From the NCBI GenBank assembly GCA_963713865.1, contig OY970208.1:32001-96000 (forward strand): a stretch of 64,000 nt of DNA, given 5' to 3'. Below, in pieces: positions 1-10,040 of the stretch (positions are counted from its first letter, which is position 1; every line of letters begins with the position of its first letter). The position numbers and the translations under genes were made by a program. The DNA comes from an uncultured candidate division Zixibacteria bacterium (lineage in GTDB: Bacteria; Zixibacteria; MSB-5A5; RBG-16-43-9). The notes under the pieces were generated by a model. The model was given only the letters and a program-made list of their open reading frames with translations, made no database searches and was not told where the DNA came from.

Positions 1-277
1 TTTTATACAATATCTACCTTATATATAAATGATAGAATCCACTTGTCAAGGAAAAAATTAAGTTTTTCGAATATTTAAGATTGATTTTGCCCTGTTTTTG
101 TAGTTAATAGAAATAAACTAAAGGAGAAAAGTTCAAAATTCCGAAAGGTGACTTTTCTCTTTATTGAATCTTTTGAAATTTTATTTTCTTATTATGATGG
201 TCTGCAAAAAGGTGGGTTCTTTATAACTGTTTATTAACAAATCTATCTTAGGCTTTAAAGATTTTTCAATCTTAAAT

Positions 278-650
278 GTGACCGTCGGGTCCCCCGGCCC
301 AACTCACCAGAGGCGAACCAGGCCAGTCCTATTTAGGCGGATGGCAAACACTTTAGTGGGGCTGGGAGCCCCACCTACGAATGTTGGAGTGTAAAGTTTT
401 AGCTTTACATTTTCAACTTAGGTGGTTTGAATAGTAAAAGAATTAGTTTCGGCAAACCTATCCGAGAAGCAGAGACTACGTCTGGCGCCCTACGGGCGGG
501 CTGGCTCGTAGCCACCGTAGGAAAGATTCGCACTCCAAAACGGTAATCACATCTTGCCTTCAAGGTGGGATTAATTTATAAACGTAACCGTCGGATCTTC
601 TGACCCGACGGAAAATAAACTTGCCAGGTCAGGGGACCTGGCAAGCACAA
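278..650. repeat. Cluster of mixed REP-like palindromes
   Basis: GTCGGG..CCCGAC-type (285, 589), GCCAGGTCAGGGGACCTGGC (623), GTGGGGCTGGGAGCCCCACCTAC (356), GGTAATC..CTTG..CAAGG-type (541). Confidence 0.8.
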
Positions 651-681
651 AACTTATACTCTTTAAGCAAGAAAAATCTAT

Positions 682-3141
682 CTAAGGCTTTAAAGATTTT
701 TTAATCTCCCCTTCCTCTCTAACCTTTATCTCAAAATGGAGATTATCCTCTTCTCTCTGGTCCACAACTACGTGGCAATTTTTAACAAATTGACCCCTCA
801 AAATCTCCTCAGCCAGAGGATCTTCTAAATATTTCTGAATAGCCCTTTTCAAAGGTCTGGCTCCAAATGTTGGATTGTAACCTTTTTCCGCCAAAAACTC
901 CTTAGCTTTATCCGTTAGCTCAAAGGTGATACTTTTTTCAGATAACCTTTTAGCCACATCCATTAAGAGAATATCGATTATCTGCATTATCTCGTTCATC
1001 CCCAGGGGTTTGAAGATAATCACTTCATCAATCCGGTTTAAAAGCTCAGGATTAAAAGTCCTTTTAAGCTCATCTGTTATCTTCTGCTTCATCTGTTCAA
1101 AGGAGGAGATTATGTCATCTTTTTGAAACCCTAAGGCTTTTCCAGATTTTATCTCCCTTGTGCCCATATTGGAAGTCATAATTACTACGCTATTTTTGAA
1201 ATCAACCTTTCGACCGAAACTATCAGTTAAAGCTCCATCATCCAACATCTGCAAAAGAATATTAAACACCTCTGGATGAGCCTTCTCAATCTCATCTAAG
1301 AGCACAACTGAATACGGTTTCCGTCTGACTTTCTCGGTTAATTGTCCACCTTCCTCATAACCCACATATCCAGGAGGAGCACCTATTAATCTTGAGACTG
1401 AGAACTTCTCCATATACTCGGACATATCTATGCGGATCAAAGAATCCTCATCCTCAAATAAGAAGGTGGCTAAACAGCGTGCTAATTCAGTTTTTCCTAC
1501 TCCTGTAGGACCCAAGAAAATAAAAGAGCCAATGGGCCTTCTCGGATCTCCCAAACCTGCTCTGGACCTGCGTATGGCTTTAGTTATAGCTGTAACTGCC
1601 TCATCCTGGCCTACCAGCCTTTTCTTTATCTCCTCTTCCATCCTCAAAAGCTTTTTGGATTCTTTCTCCTCTAATCTGAAAACCGGGATACCGGTCATCT
1701 TGGAAACAATCTGAGCAATATCCTCTGCCGTTAGAATCACTACCTCTTTGCTTTTTTCCTCTTCCCATTTCCTCTTAAGAGATTCCAACTCCTCTTTTTT
1801 AAATTTCAATTCATCCCTTAACTGGGCTGCTTTTTCAAACTCCTGGTTTTTAACTGCTAAATCCTTTTCTTTCTGGAGCTGGTTAATCACCTGCTCGAAT
1901 TCTCCAAATTCAGGTGGTTTAGTATAGGTGGAAAGATGTGCACGTGAGCCAGCCTCGTCTATTACATCTAACGCTTTGTCCGGTTGGAACTTACCAGAAA
2001 CATATCTATCGGATAGTTTCACCGCAGCTTCAACTGCCTCATCTATAATTTTTATCTTGTGATGTTCTTCATACTTCTGCTTTAAGCCATTCAAAATTTT
2101 AATGGTATCTTGTGTGCTTGGAGGATCAACCATCACAATTTGAAACCTTCTTTCCAATGCACCATCTTTCTCTATATATTTTCTATATTCATTCAGAGTA
2201 GTTGCACCTATGCACTGGATCTCACCTCTGGAAAGAGTAGGCTTGAATATATTGGAAGCATCTAAAGAACCTTCAGCTCCACCTGCCCCTACAATGGTAT
2301 GAAGCTCATCAATAAATATGATAACATCCTTGGAGTTGATGATCTCATTCATTACCGCTTTCATCCTCTCCTCAAATTGACCTCGATATTTTGTGCCAGC
2401 GACCAAGGAAGCCATATCCAGGGTTACGATCCTTTTATTCTCTAAGGTCTGTGGCACCTTTCCTTCTACTATCTTTTGAGCTAACCCCTCGGCAATAGCT
2501 GTTTTGCCCACTCCTGGTTCCCCGATTAAAACTGGATTGTTCTTCTTTCTGCGGGAAAGTATTTGAGAGACCCTCTCGATCTCATTTTCCCTTCCAATTA
2601 TCGGATCTAATTTACCTTTACGAGCCAGTTCGGTTAGATCTCTGCCAAAGTGGTCTAAGGCTGGAGTTTTACTTTTTTTCCTTTTCTTTCCATATGAAGA
2701 AGGTTTTCCGGATTGAATATTTTTGAGTTCTTCATAAGCTTCTTTATAATCTATATCATACATCGAAAGGACCTGTGCCGCAACCCCTTCCTCATCTCTA
2801 AGCAAAGCTAACAGTATATGTTCAGCATCTATCTCTTTAGCTTTCAAAGCCCTGGCTTCCTGACCGGAGACCTCTAAGGTCTTTTTTGCACGAGCAGTTA
2901 AAGGAAGCTGTCCCATAGTCAGAGTTCCGCCTGAAGGCTGGACCACATCTTCTATCGACTGCCTGAGCTCTGAAAGGTCTATCCCTATATTGGTAAGGGT
3001 CTCAACTGCCCTTCCCTCCCCCAGTCTGACTATACCTAAGAGGAGATGTTCTGTTCCAATATAGTCATGCCTCAGCCGGGAGGCTTCATCCCTGGCATAC
3101 TCTATTACCTTTCTGGCTTTTTCCGAGAACATCTCATTCAT
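682..3141 (-). CDS. clpC: ATP-dependent Clp protease ATP-binding subunit ClpC
   Basis: Clp_N repeats, two AAA+ modules ([16 protein letters not shown]), UVR-type middle domain; downstream of mcsA/mcsB. Confidence 0.96.
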   Translation of the reverse strand: MNEMFSEKARKVIEYARDEASRLRHDYIGTEHLLLGIVRLGEGRAVETLTNIGIDLSELRQSIEDVVQPSGGTLTMGQLPLTARAKKTLEVSGQEARALKAKEIDAEHILLALLRDEEGVAAQVLSMYDIDYKEAYEELKNIQSGKPSSYGKKRKKSKTPALDHFGRDLTELARKGKLDPIIGRENEIERVSQILSRRKKNNPVLIGEPGVGKTAIAEGLAQKIVEGKVPQTLENKRIVTLDMASLVAGTKYRGQFEERMKAVMNEIINSKDVIIFIDELHTIVGAGGAEGSLDASNIFKPTLSRGEIQCIGATTLNEYRKYIEKDGALERRFQIVMVDPPSTQDTIKILNGLKQKYEEHHKIKIIDEAVEAAVKLSDRYVSGKFQPDKALDVIDEAGSRAHLSTYTKPPEFGEFEQVINQLQKEKDLAVKNQEFEKAAQLRDELKFKKEELESLKRKWEEEKSKEVVILTAEDIAQIVSKMTGIPVFRLEEKESKKLLRMEEEIKKRLVGQDEAVTAITKAIRRSRAGLGDPRRPIGSFIFLGPTGVGKTELARCLATFLFEDEDSLIRIDMSEYMEKFSVSRLIGAPPGYVGYEEGGQLTEKVRRKPYSVVLLDEIEKAHPEVFNILLQMLDDGALTDSFGRKVDFKNSVVIMTSNMGTREIKSGKALGFQKDDIISSFEQMKQKITDELKRTFNPELLNRIDEVIIFKPLGMNEIMQIIDILLMDVAKRLSEKSITFELTDKAKEFLAEKGYNPTFGARPLKRAIQKYLEDPLAEEILRGQFVKNCHVVVDQREEDNLHFEIKVREEGEIKKSLKP

Positions 3142-3204
3142 AAATTTACTCCATCTATTTTAAATACGCTGTCTTCTGATAATTTAAGTGTAACCCAAAG
3201 AAAG

Positions 3205-4271
3205 TCAAAGACTATTTTTACCCTTTTCTCCAAGCTTTTTTCTGATAAACTCTGCTCTCAGAACATCCCGTTCGTTTGGCTCCATCTCTTTATTAAAATA
3301 TTTCTGGAGATGGGCTGGAAAAGAGATAAGTAAAATCTGATTGATGGTGCCCAGAGAGATTTCAGTAAGAGTTCCCATCCCCAATCCCAGTCGAATGGCA
3401 GATAAAAGATTGGTCACTTCATTCGAGGTTATTACCCGTGCATTTTGTAAAATGCCAAATGCTCTCCAGATTTTGTCTTCGATCTGCTCTTTTGCTTCCC
3501 GGTAAAGGGTTTTACGCGAATTATTTCTCATACTCTATAATCTGTTGAGTCACCTTTTCTAAACTTTCGATCAAATCCTCTTCTGATTTCCCCAAGGTGG
3601 TTCTGGTTAGAAATCTGAATGAGATTACCCAGAACTTCTGAACCTTCGCCGTAGAATCCTCTTGCCGTCAAACCTAACTTGGTCACCTGGGAAATTACAT
3701 TTTCTATCTCTTTAGTTAAAACCAGTCCTGGAAGATGGATTAAAACCGAAGCCCGCATTCCGGTTCCCACATTAGTAGGACAAGAGGTCAGATAGCCGAA
3801 ATCCGGGTCGAAATCGAATTCTAAAGTGGAGGATAATTCAGTATCAACTTTATCTGCCAGCTCAAAGGCACCTTTTATTTCCAGTCCAGATTTAAGGGAT
3901 TGAATTCTAAGATGATCCTCTTCGTTTATCATCAAGCTTATCGTCTCTCCCTCACCAATATATAAGGCTTTACTATCACCTTCTCTCACAAACTCAGGAC
4001 TAACCAGATGTCTTTCGATCAGAAAGGTCTTGTCCAGAGGGAAAAACTCGGATGAAGCATAGAATTTACCAGAGTTAAGCATAGAGCTTTTCTGGATAGC
4101 TTTTTGCGCAAAAGAAACAACTTTCCCCCGATCCAAAGCCTTAGCTATTGAAGGAAAAGGGATATTAGAGATATTACGGGCTAACCTAACCCGGCTGGAT
4201 AAAACTATCTCTGAGTTATTCCCTTCGCCAGTTAACCAGGAAGCAGGCTTTCCGGCTAACTCCTCAAACAT
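3205..4271 (-). CDS. mcsB: Protein arginine kinase McsB, split by two single-base insertions (~3601, ~3525)
   Basis: SSRVRLARN, INEEDHLRIQ and LTSCPTNVGTG motifs; removing one A at each site gives ...ISNQTTLGKSEEDLIESLEKVTQQIIEYENNSRKTLY... and joins ORFs 3528..4271 and 3205..3531. Confidence 0.9.
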
Positions 4272-4272
4272 A

Positions 4273-4785
4273 TTATTTTTTCTCCTGTATATTTTTGATT
4301 TTATCCCTTATCTGGGCAGCCATTTCGAAATTCTCTTCATGAATAGCTTTCTTCAACTCTTCCTGAAGTTTTCTTTCTTCTTTTAAGTGTTCCATCTCCA
4401 CACCTGGAAGATTAGGTATTTTACCCCGATGACGATCTGAACCATGGATTTTCCTTAAAAGGTCTTTAAGTTGAGTTCTAAATGATTTATAACAGTTTCC
4501 ACACCCTAACCTGCCTTTGCTCGCAAATTGAGAGAAACTCATCCCGCAGTTAGCGCATTTGATTTCTTTCTCTGTCCTGGCAATAGGTTTTTTCCCTATA
4601 TCCGATAGAGGTGTAATCATACTGGATAAAAACTCGGCTAAGGGAAAAGGGACTCCCTCAAACGGGCTATGAAAACCTCTTTTATCCGCACAGCTTTGGC
4701 AGAGGTTCAAAGTCATCTTCTCCTTGTTGATTATCTGAGTAAGCTGGATAGTAGCTTCTTTTTTTCCGCAGTCATCACACAACAT
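4273..4785 (-). CDS. mcsA: McsA, protein-arginine kinase activator (CXXC motifs + UVR domain)
   Basis: Four CXXC motifs, C-terminal ENFEMAAQIRD UVR motif, adjacent to mcsB. Confidence 0.92.
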   Translation of the reverse strand: MLCDDCGKKEATIQLTQIINKEKMTLNLCQSCADKRGFHSPFEGVPFPLAEFLSSMITPLSDIGKKPIARTEKEIKCANCGMSFSQFASKGRLGCGNCYKSFRTQLKDLLRKIHGSDRHRGKIPNLPGVEMEHLKEERKLQEELKKAIHEENFEMAAQIRDKIKNIQEKK

Positions 4786-4806
4786 CTTTTCCTCTCCAAA
4801 ATGACT

Positions 4807-5499
4807 CTAAAATTTATATAGTTCTATTTGACCGTCTTTCAATCTAAATATACGATGGGCTCTTTGAGCCAGTTCTAAATTATGGGTGGCTAAGACAAAA
4901 GTCTGGTTTCTATTACGATTGAGTTCGATCATCAGATTGTGCAAACTTTCAGCCGAATTTCTATCTAAATTGCCTGAAGGTTCATCCGCAATCACTAACT
5001 TTGGGTCATTGATTAAAGCCCTGGCAACTGCCACCCTCTGCTGCTCACCACCAGAAAGCTCTCCTGGTTTATGGTGAGCTCTATCAGAAAGACCGACCTC
5101 ATTTAAAATTCTTAAACTTTTTTCTTTTATTTCTTCAGTTTTTTCCCTGGCAATCATCTTAGGTAACATCACATTTTCTAAAGCAGAAAACTCAGGAAGA
5201 AGGTGATGGAACTGGAAAATAAATCCAACTGTTCTGTTTCTAAGATGGGCTAACTCCTTGTCATTCAACGAGAAAATTTCGGTAGAGTTAAGGCTTATTG
5301 AGCCTGAATCAGGTCGGTCAAGCGCACCTAAGATATAAAGCAAAGTACTTTTTCCTGAACCCGAAGGTCCAATTATCGCCACAATTTCTCCCTGAAATAT
5401 CTCTAAATCTATCCCTTTTAATACGTTAAGAATTACCGAACCTGTTTGAAAGCTTCGAAAGATCCCCTCTGCTTTTAAAATCGACTTTTGATTAATCAA
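4807..5499 (-). CDS. lolD: Lipoprotein-releasing ABC transporter ATP-binding protein
   Basis: GPSGSGKST, GFIFQFHHLL, LSGGEQQRVA; follows a lolC/E-type permease. Confidence 0.9.
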   Translation of the reverse strand: MINQKSILKAEGIFRSFQTGSVILNVLKGIDLEIFQGEIVAIIGPSGSGKSTLLYILGALDRPDSGSISLNSTEIFSLNDKELAHLRNRTVGFIFQFHHLLPEFSALENVMLPKMIAREKTEEIKEKSLRILNEVGLSDRAHHKPGELSGGEQQRVAVARALINDPKLVIADEPSGNLDRNSAESLHNLMIELNRNRNQTFVLATHNLELAQRAHRIFRLKDGQIELYKF

Positions 5500-5569
5500 T
5501 TATCTTTCCCTTATATATATTTTCGCCAGTTTTCCAGATATATTTAATTTTTTTCTTTTGTCTCTCAAT

Positions 5570-5632
5570 CATCCCGCCTTGAGGGCAAGGCGGGATTACC
5601 AATTGGTAGAATAGGCATCTTGCCTGTATTGA
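5570..5632. repeat. Composite palindrome ATCCCGCCTTG-AGGG-CAAGGCGGGAT-TACC + GGTAGAA.AG.CATCTTG.CTG
   Basis: Same two-part unit at ~54806-54867; first part also at ~54987, ~62800, ~63022. Confidence 0.85.
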
Positions 5633-5643
5633 ACCAGTAATTT

Positions 5644-6873
5644 TTATTCATACCTAATCGCCTCTACCGGTAGAAGTTTTGAAGCTCTATAAGCTGGATA
5701 AAGGGTGGCTAAGAAGGTTATGCCCACCGCAGCCAAGGCTACTATAAAGAAATCAAAAAATCGCATATCTATAGGGAGAGTAGCGATGAAATATATCTCC
5801 GAAGGTAAAGACACGACTTTGAAAGTCTTTTGAATCCAGCACAGGACAAAGCCTAAGACACTCCCCAAAACCGTACCAGTCACACCTGCTACCAACCCTT
5901 CAAACATAAAAATTTTCATTATGGAAGGAGAATTAGCTCCCATAGATTTTAAAATCCCTATTTCCTTTCTCTTCTCAATCACCACCATAATCAAGGTGCT
6001 GATAATGTTAAAGGATGCTACGGCCACGATCAGGCTCAAGACGATGAACATCGCATATTTTTCCAGTGTCATCCAGGAAAAAAGATTTTTATGCAGGTGC
6101 ATCCAGTCAGTAGCATAATAATCCGGTCCTAATTTAGAATCAAGCTCCCCTGCTACTCTCTGGGCTTTATAGAAATCTGAAATCTTTACCTGCAATCCAG
6201 TTACCACATTTCCTGAGTTCAATATTTTCTGGGCAGATGAAAGTAAGATATAAGCTAAATTGGAATCATATTCATACATCCCGCTCTCGAAAATTCCTAC
6301 TACTTTAAACTTGGTTGCTTTAGGAGAAAGGAAACCTGCAGAGACAGTTTCCTTATTTATGCTAAACAGGATTACGTTATCCCCCATCTTTACCCTTAGC
6401 CTATCGGCTAAAGTTACTCCTAAGACGATTCCCGGTGGCTCCCCCTGAATCTCTTTTAAATCAAAAGAACCAGCTATCAGGTATTTCTCAATCTCGGTTA
6501 CTTTTTTTTCCTGTTCCGGTTCAATCCCACGGATGACAATCCCGTCTGATTCCTCCTTTGAGGCAATTGCCCCCTTAAAATAGATGAATGGAGCAATTCC
6601 TTTAACCTGAGAATTGGATTTAATCAAAGGGAAAAGCTTCTGATAATCCTCAATCCCTTCACCCTCAGAGGAAAGGATAGTGACATGAGCAGTGGTGCCT
6701 ATAATACGGGAACGGACTTCTTTTTCAAACCCGTTCATCATCGAAAGAACAAAGGTCAAAGCCGCAACCCCGATTAAAACCCCACCGATAGAGATCAAGG
6801 TAATAACCGAAAGATATTTAGACTTCCTTTTCGATCTTAGATATCTTTTGGCGATGAAAAATTCGTATGACAT
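5644..6873 (-). CDS. lolE: Lipoprotein-releasing ABC transporter permease (LolC/E family)
   Basis: IAKRYLRS...VLSMMNGF N-terminus, FtsX-like C-terminal TMs ending YPAYRASKLLPVEAIRYE. Confidence 0.88.
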   Translation of the reverse strand: MSYEFFIAKRYLRSKRKSKYLSVITLISIGGVLIGVAALTFVLSMMNGFEKEVRSRIIGTTAHVTILSSEGEGIEDYQKLFPLIKSNSQVKGIAPFIYFKGAIASKEESDGIVIRGIEPEQEKKVTEIEKYLIAGSFDLKEIQGEPPGIVLGVTLADRLRVKMGDNVILFSINKETVSAGFLSPKATKFKVVGIFESGMYEYDSNLAYILLSSAQKILNSGNVVTGLQVKISDFYKAQRVAGELDSKLGPDYYATDWMHLHKNLFSWMTLEKYAMFIVLSLIVAVASFNIISTLIMVVIEKRKEIGILKSMGANSPSIMKIFMFEGLVAGVTGTVLGSVLGFVLCWIQKTFKVVSLPSEIYFIATLPIDMRFFDFFIVALAAVGITFLATLYPAYRASKLLPVEAIRYE

Positions 6874-6894
6874 AATTTACTTTTAGTATTTTAG

Positions 6895-7082
6895 GTAGCC
6901 GCAGGTATGAACTACATGGTTCATACCGCAGACTTTAGTCTGCTCTTTTGTTGGAGTGCCTTAATCGTGTTAATTCTGAATATTGCTACATTCAAGATGC
7001 ACTCCAAATAATTTCCTTAAGATGGACAGAACACTGTTCTGTACCTACAAAATCCTCGTCGGGTATAAAACCCAACGCTACT
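6895..7082. repeat. REP cluster (GTAGCCGCAG.., GGACAGAACACTGTTCTGT.CCTAC, CGTCGGG..CCCAACGCTAC)
   Basis: Each family recurs elsewhere (12660, 14555, 24730, 14470). Confidence 0.85.
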
Positions 7083-7112
7083 TTCTTTTCCCTATCTACT
7101 ATATGCTGTCTA

Positions 7113-10037
7113 CTATCTACTTTTCAGCTTCCTCAACCTCTCCTTCGCATCCTCCACTTCCTTTATCCCCGGGTCAGCATTTTTCCAGATATCCAGAAAC
7201 TCCTCATATTTCTCAATCGCTTTCTTGTTCCAGCCGGATTTCTCATAAGCCAAGCCTAAAAGATAATAAGCTTTCACTGCTGTGGTACTCCATACTCTAT
7301 AATCATCATATCTTGAAAGTGCCGTTTCTAATTGAGTCACTGCCTCGTCCAGTCTGCCTATCTTCAAGTAAATTTCCGCAAGACGAAAACGAAGATAAAA
7401 AGAGGGAGTTGGTGAGTCCTTATATACTCTTGCTAAATAGATCAATGCGATGTTTGTGTCCCCCTTAGCTAACTCGATTTCGCCCAAAGTACTCCAGTAA
7501 GAAGACATCAAGGTTGAATCCTTTCCTTCAAGGTCCTTTTTCAGAGCCCGGGCAACCTCCTCAGCTTCGGCAATTTTTCCACTCTTGGCCAGAAGATAAG
7601 CGTAAGCATCCCTCCCATATACCGGGTCATCAGCTTTAGCCGTTTTGATAATTTCCATGCCTATTTTTGTTTCCTTTAGTGCTAAAGCCATCCTCTTCTG
7701 CTCTTCATAGATAGATGCCTTATAGAAATGCTTATAGGATTTCATCTCTCCTTCGACCTGTTCCATTCTGTCTCCGGCAATGCCGTCGTCTAAGACCTTG
7801 AGGGCGTCTTCGAATTTTCCCTGGTATAGGGGAACTAAAAACAAACATAATCTTCCAGTTGACCTCCAAGACCACTCATTGCTGGAAGAAAGCGCCTCAA
7901 AACAACTTTCTACTTTAACATAATCCTCTTTGAAAAGATACATACACCCCAGTTTGTACCTAGACTGATAGAAGTCTGGCTTTATATCCAACGCCTTTTT
8001 GTAAGACTCAATTGCTTGCTCAAGTTTGCCATTGTAGGCATAGAGGTCAGCTCTGGAATCATAAGGATTGGCTTCATCCGGTGCTAAGGAGATATATTTA
8101 TTGATAGCCCAGATGGATTTATCAAAATCTCCAACATCATTGTAGGCATAGGCAAGCCCATTATATGCATCCTTATAAAGAGAATCGATCTCAACGGCTT
8201 TACTAAGATAATGAATAGCTTCTTCAAACTTTCGCAATTTCTGATGAATTCCCCCTAACCTTAGAAATGCCTCCTTCTCATCCGGATAACTTTCTACTAA
8301 CTTTTGCAGTTCTTTAATCGACTGAGAATAATTACGTGATATATATGATTCAAGGGTTTTAATCTTAAGTTTCTCCTTCTGGGTCACCCTATCTGAATAT
8401 TTCGTGGCTTTAGTTAGCAATTCCTTAGCTGCCCTGTTATCGCCGTCATAATTTTTAATTATAGCCAACCTATGATATGCCATTGCAAAAGTGGAATCAT
8501 ATTCCAGAGCTTTCTTGAAACTTTTCTCTGCCTCTGTCCAGTAATATTTATTATAGTAGTCCATACCCTCCAGATAGTAACGATATGCCTCCTGCGAGCG
8601 GGTGGTAACATCTGCTACCGGTTTTTCCTCTTTCTGCTCGGCTGCAGTAGGGGGCGAAAGGTTTTTCCTGATCTCAACCGTTAGTTTATCAACTAAAGAA
8701 AATACATCCTCACTTTTCTCACCGGTGATTTTTTGCGACCCCCTTAGCTGCCCGCTTTTCACATCTACCAGTTGTGCAGTTACCACCATCCGCGGCTTGA
8801 CCTGGAGTATGCTCCCCAAAAGCATCCATCTGGCTCCTGCCCTTGTGGCTACTTCTGTCGCTACATTTCTGTCAATTAATTTAATTCCTTCTTTTCCCAA
8901 TAACTTCAGTATGTCATATAATCTCTGGCTGGAAACCACCTGCGCGGTTTGAGAAAGGTCTGCGATCAAAAGATTAGTTACTATCTCCCCTAATCTGTCC
9001 TTATCCTCTCTGTCCACAAGATTCTCAAAATACATAATGGCTAAAGAATTTTCCTTAGCTACTGCCCCCTTTTCCGGCGCAATCTCAAATTTGAAAGGTC
9101 TGAGAATCAAGAAAAGCAAAACCAGGATGAAAACCACTGAGGCAGGAATAACAATCGGAAGAACTTTCCTTTTGGGCTTGGGTGCAATCGCTTCTTTAGG
9201 AATCTGACCGGTCTTCAGATATTCCAGACTCTTTCTTTCCCTTCTCAAATCCGCTAACAATTCATCAGCGTGCTGATACCTCTCCTCTTTATCCTTGGCC
9301 AAGGCTTTGAAGACTATTCGTTCCAATTCTGCAGATACCTGGTTGTTAAACCTAACTGCTGGTTGTGGCTCCTCGTTAATTATTGAGTAGATAACAGCGG
9401 CTTGATGTTCTCCTGCGAAAGGCAATTTCCCGGTCAAAAGCTCATACAAAACCACTCCAAAGGAGAAAATATCGCTCCTCGAATCCACCTCTTCACCCTG
9501 AGCTTGTTCTGGTGACATATAGGCAAGGGTTCCTAAGGTTGAGCGAGTCTTGGTCAGCTTGGTGGCTCTCTTTAGTTTCGCCAAACCGAAATCCATTATC
9601 TTTACCTGCCCTCGGGGAGTAAGCATTATATTGTCCGATTTGATATCCCTGTGAACTATTCCCTTCTCATGAGCTATAGCTAAACCCTCACAAACCTGAA
9701 TACCGATATCTAAAACCTTCTTTACAGAAAGTGTCTCTTTTTCAATTATCTGTTTTAAAGTCTTACCTTCACAATATTCCATCACTATAAACATCTGCCC
9801 TTCAAATTCATCGATCTCGTGGATGGTAGTGATATTAGTATGACTTAAAGCTGAAGCTGCTTTGGCTTCGTGGATGAATCGTTCCTTCTCAACGGGCTCA
9901 GAGGTCAGATGCGGAGGTAAAAACTTCAAAGCCACCAAACGATCCAGTTTGGTATCTTGAGCTTTATAGACCACACCCATCCCACCTTCGCCCAGCTTCT
10001 CCAGAATTTTATAATGTGATATAACTTTACCAATCAT
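7113..10037 (-). CDS. Membrane Ser/Thr protein kinase with TolB_N/FlgO-like domain and TPR array
   Basis: GEGGMGVVY, VALK, HRDIKSDN, DFGLA, one TM helix, then SLAIMYFEN domain and TPRs. Confidence 0.9.
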   Translation of the reverse strand: MIGKVISHYKILEKLGEGGMGVVYKAQDTKLDRLVALKFLPPHLTSEPVEKERFIHEAKAASALSHTNITTIHEIDEFEGQMFIVMEYCEGKTLKQIIEKETLSVKKVLDIGIQVCEGLAIAHEKGIVHRDIKSDNIMLTPRGQVKIMDFGLAKLKRATKLTKTRSTLGTLAYMSPEQAQGEEVDSRSDIFSFGVVLYELLTGKLPFAGEHQAAVIYSIINEEPQPAVRFNNQVSAELERIVFKALAKDKEERYQHADELLADLRRERKSLEYLKTGQIPKEAIAPKPKRKVLPIVIPASVVFILVLLFLILRPFKFEIAPEKGAVAKENSLAIMYFENLVDREDKDRLGEIVTNLLIADLSQTAQVVSSQRLYDILKLLGKEGIKLIDRNVATEVATRAGARWMLLGSILQVKPRMVVTAQLVDVKSGQLRGSQKITGEKSEDVFSLVDKLTVEIRKNLSPPTAAEQKEEKPVADVTTRSQEAYRYYLEGMDYYNKYYWTEAEKSFKKALEYDSTFAMAYHRLAIIKNYDGDNRAAKELLTKATKYSDRVTQKEKLKIKTLESYISRNYSQSIKELQKLVESYPDEKEAFLRLGGIHQKLRKFEEAIHYLSKAVEIDSLYKDAYNGLAYAYNDVGDFDKSIWAINKYISLAPDEANPYDSRADLYAYNGKLEQAIESYKKALDIKPDFYQSRYKLGCMYLFKEDYVKVESCFEALSSSNEWSWRSTGRLCLFLVPLYQGKFEDALKVLDDGIAGDRMEQVEGEMKSYKHFYKASIYEEQKRMALALKETKIGMEIIKTAKADDPVYGRDAYAYLLAKSGKIAEAEEVARALKKDLEGKDSTLMSSYWSTLGEIELAKGDTNIALIYLARVYKDSPTPSFYLRFRLAEIYLKIGRLDEAVTQLETALSRYDDYRVWSTTAVKAYYLLGLAYEKSGWNKKAIEKYEEFLDIWKNADPGIKEVEDAKERLRKLKSR

Positions 10038-10040
10038 TTT

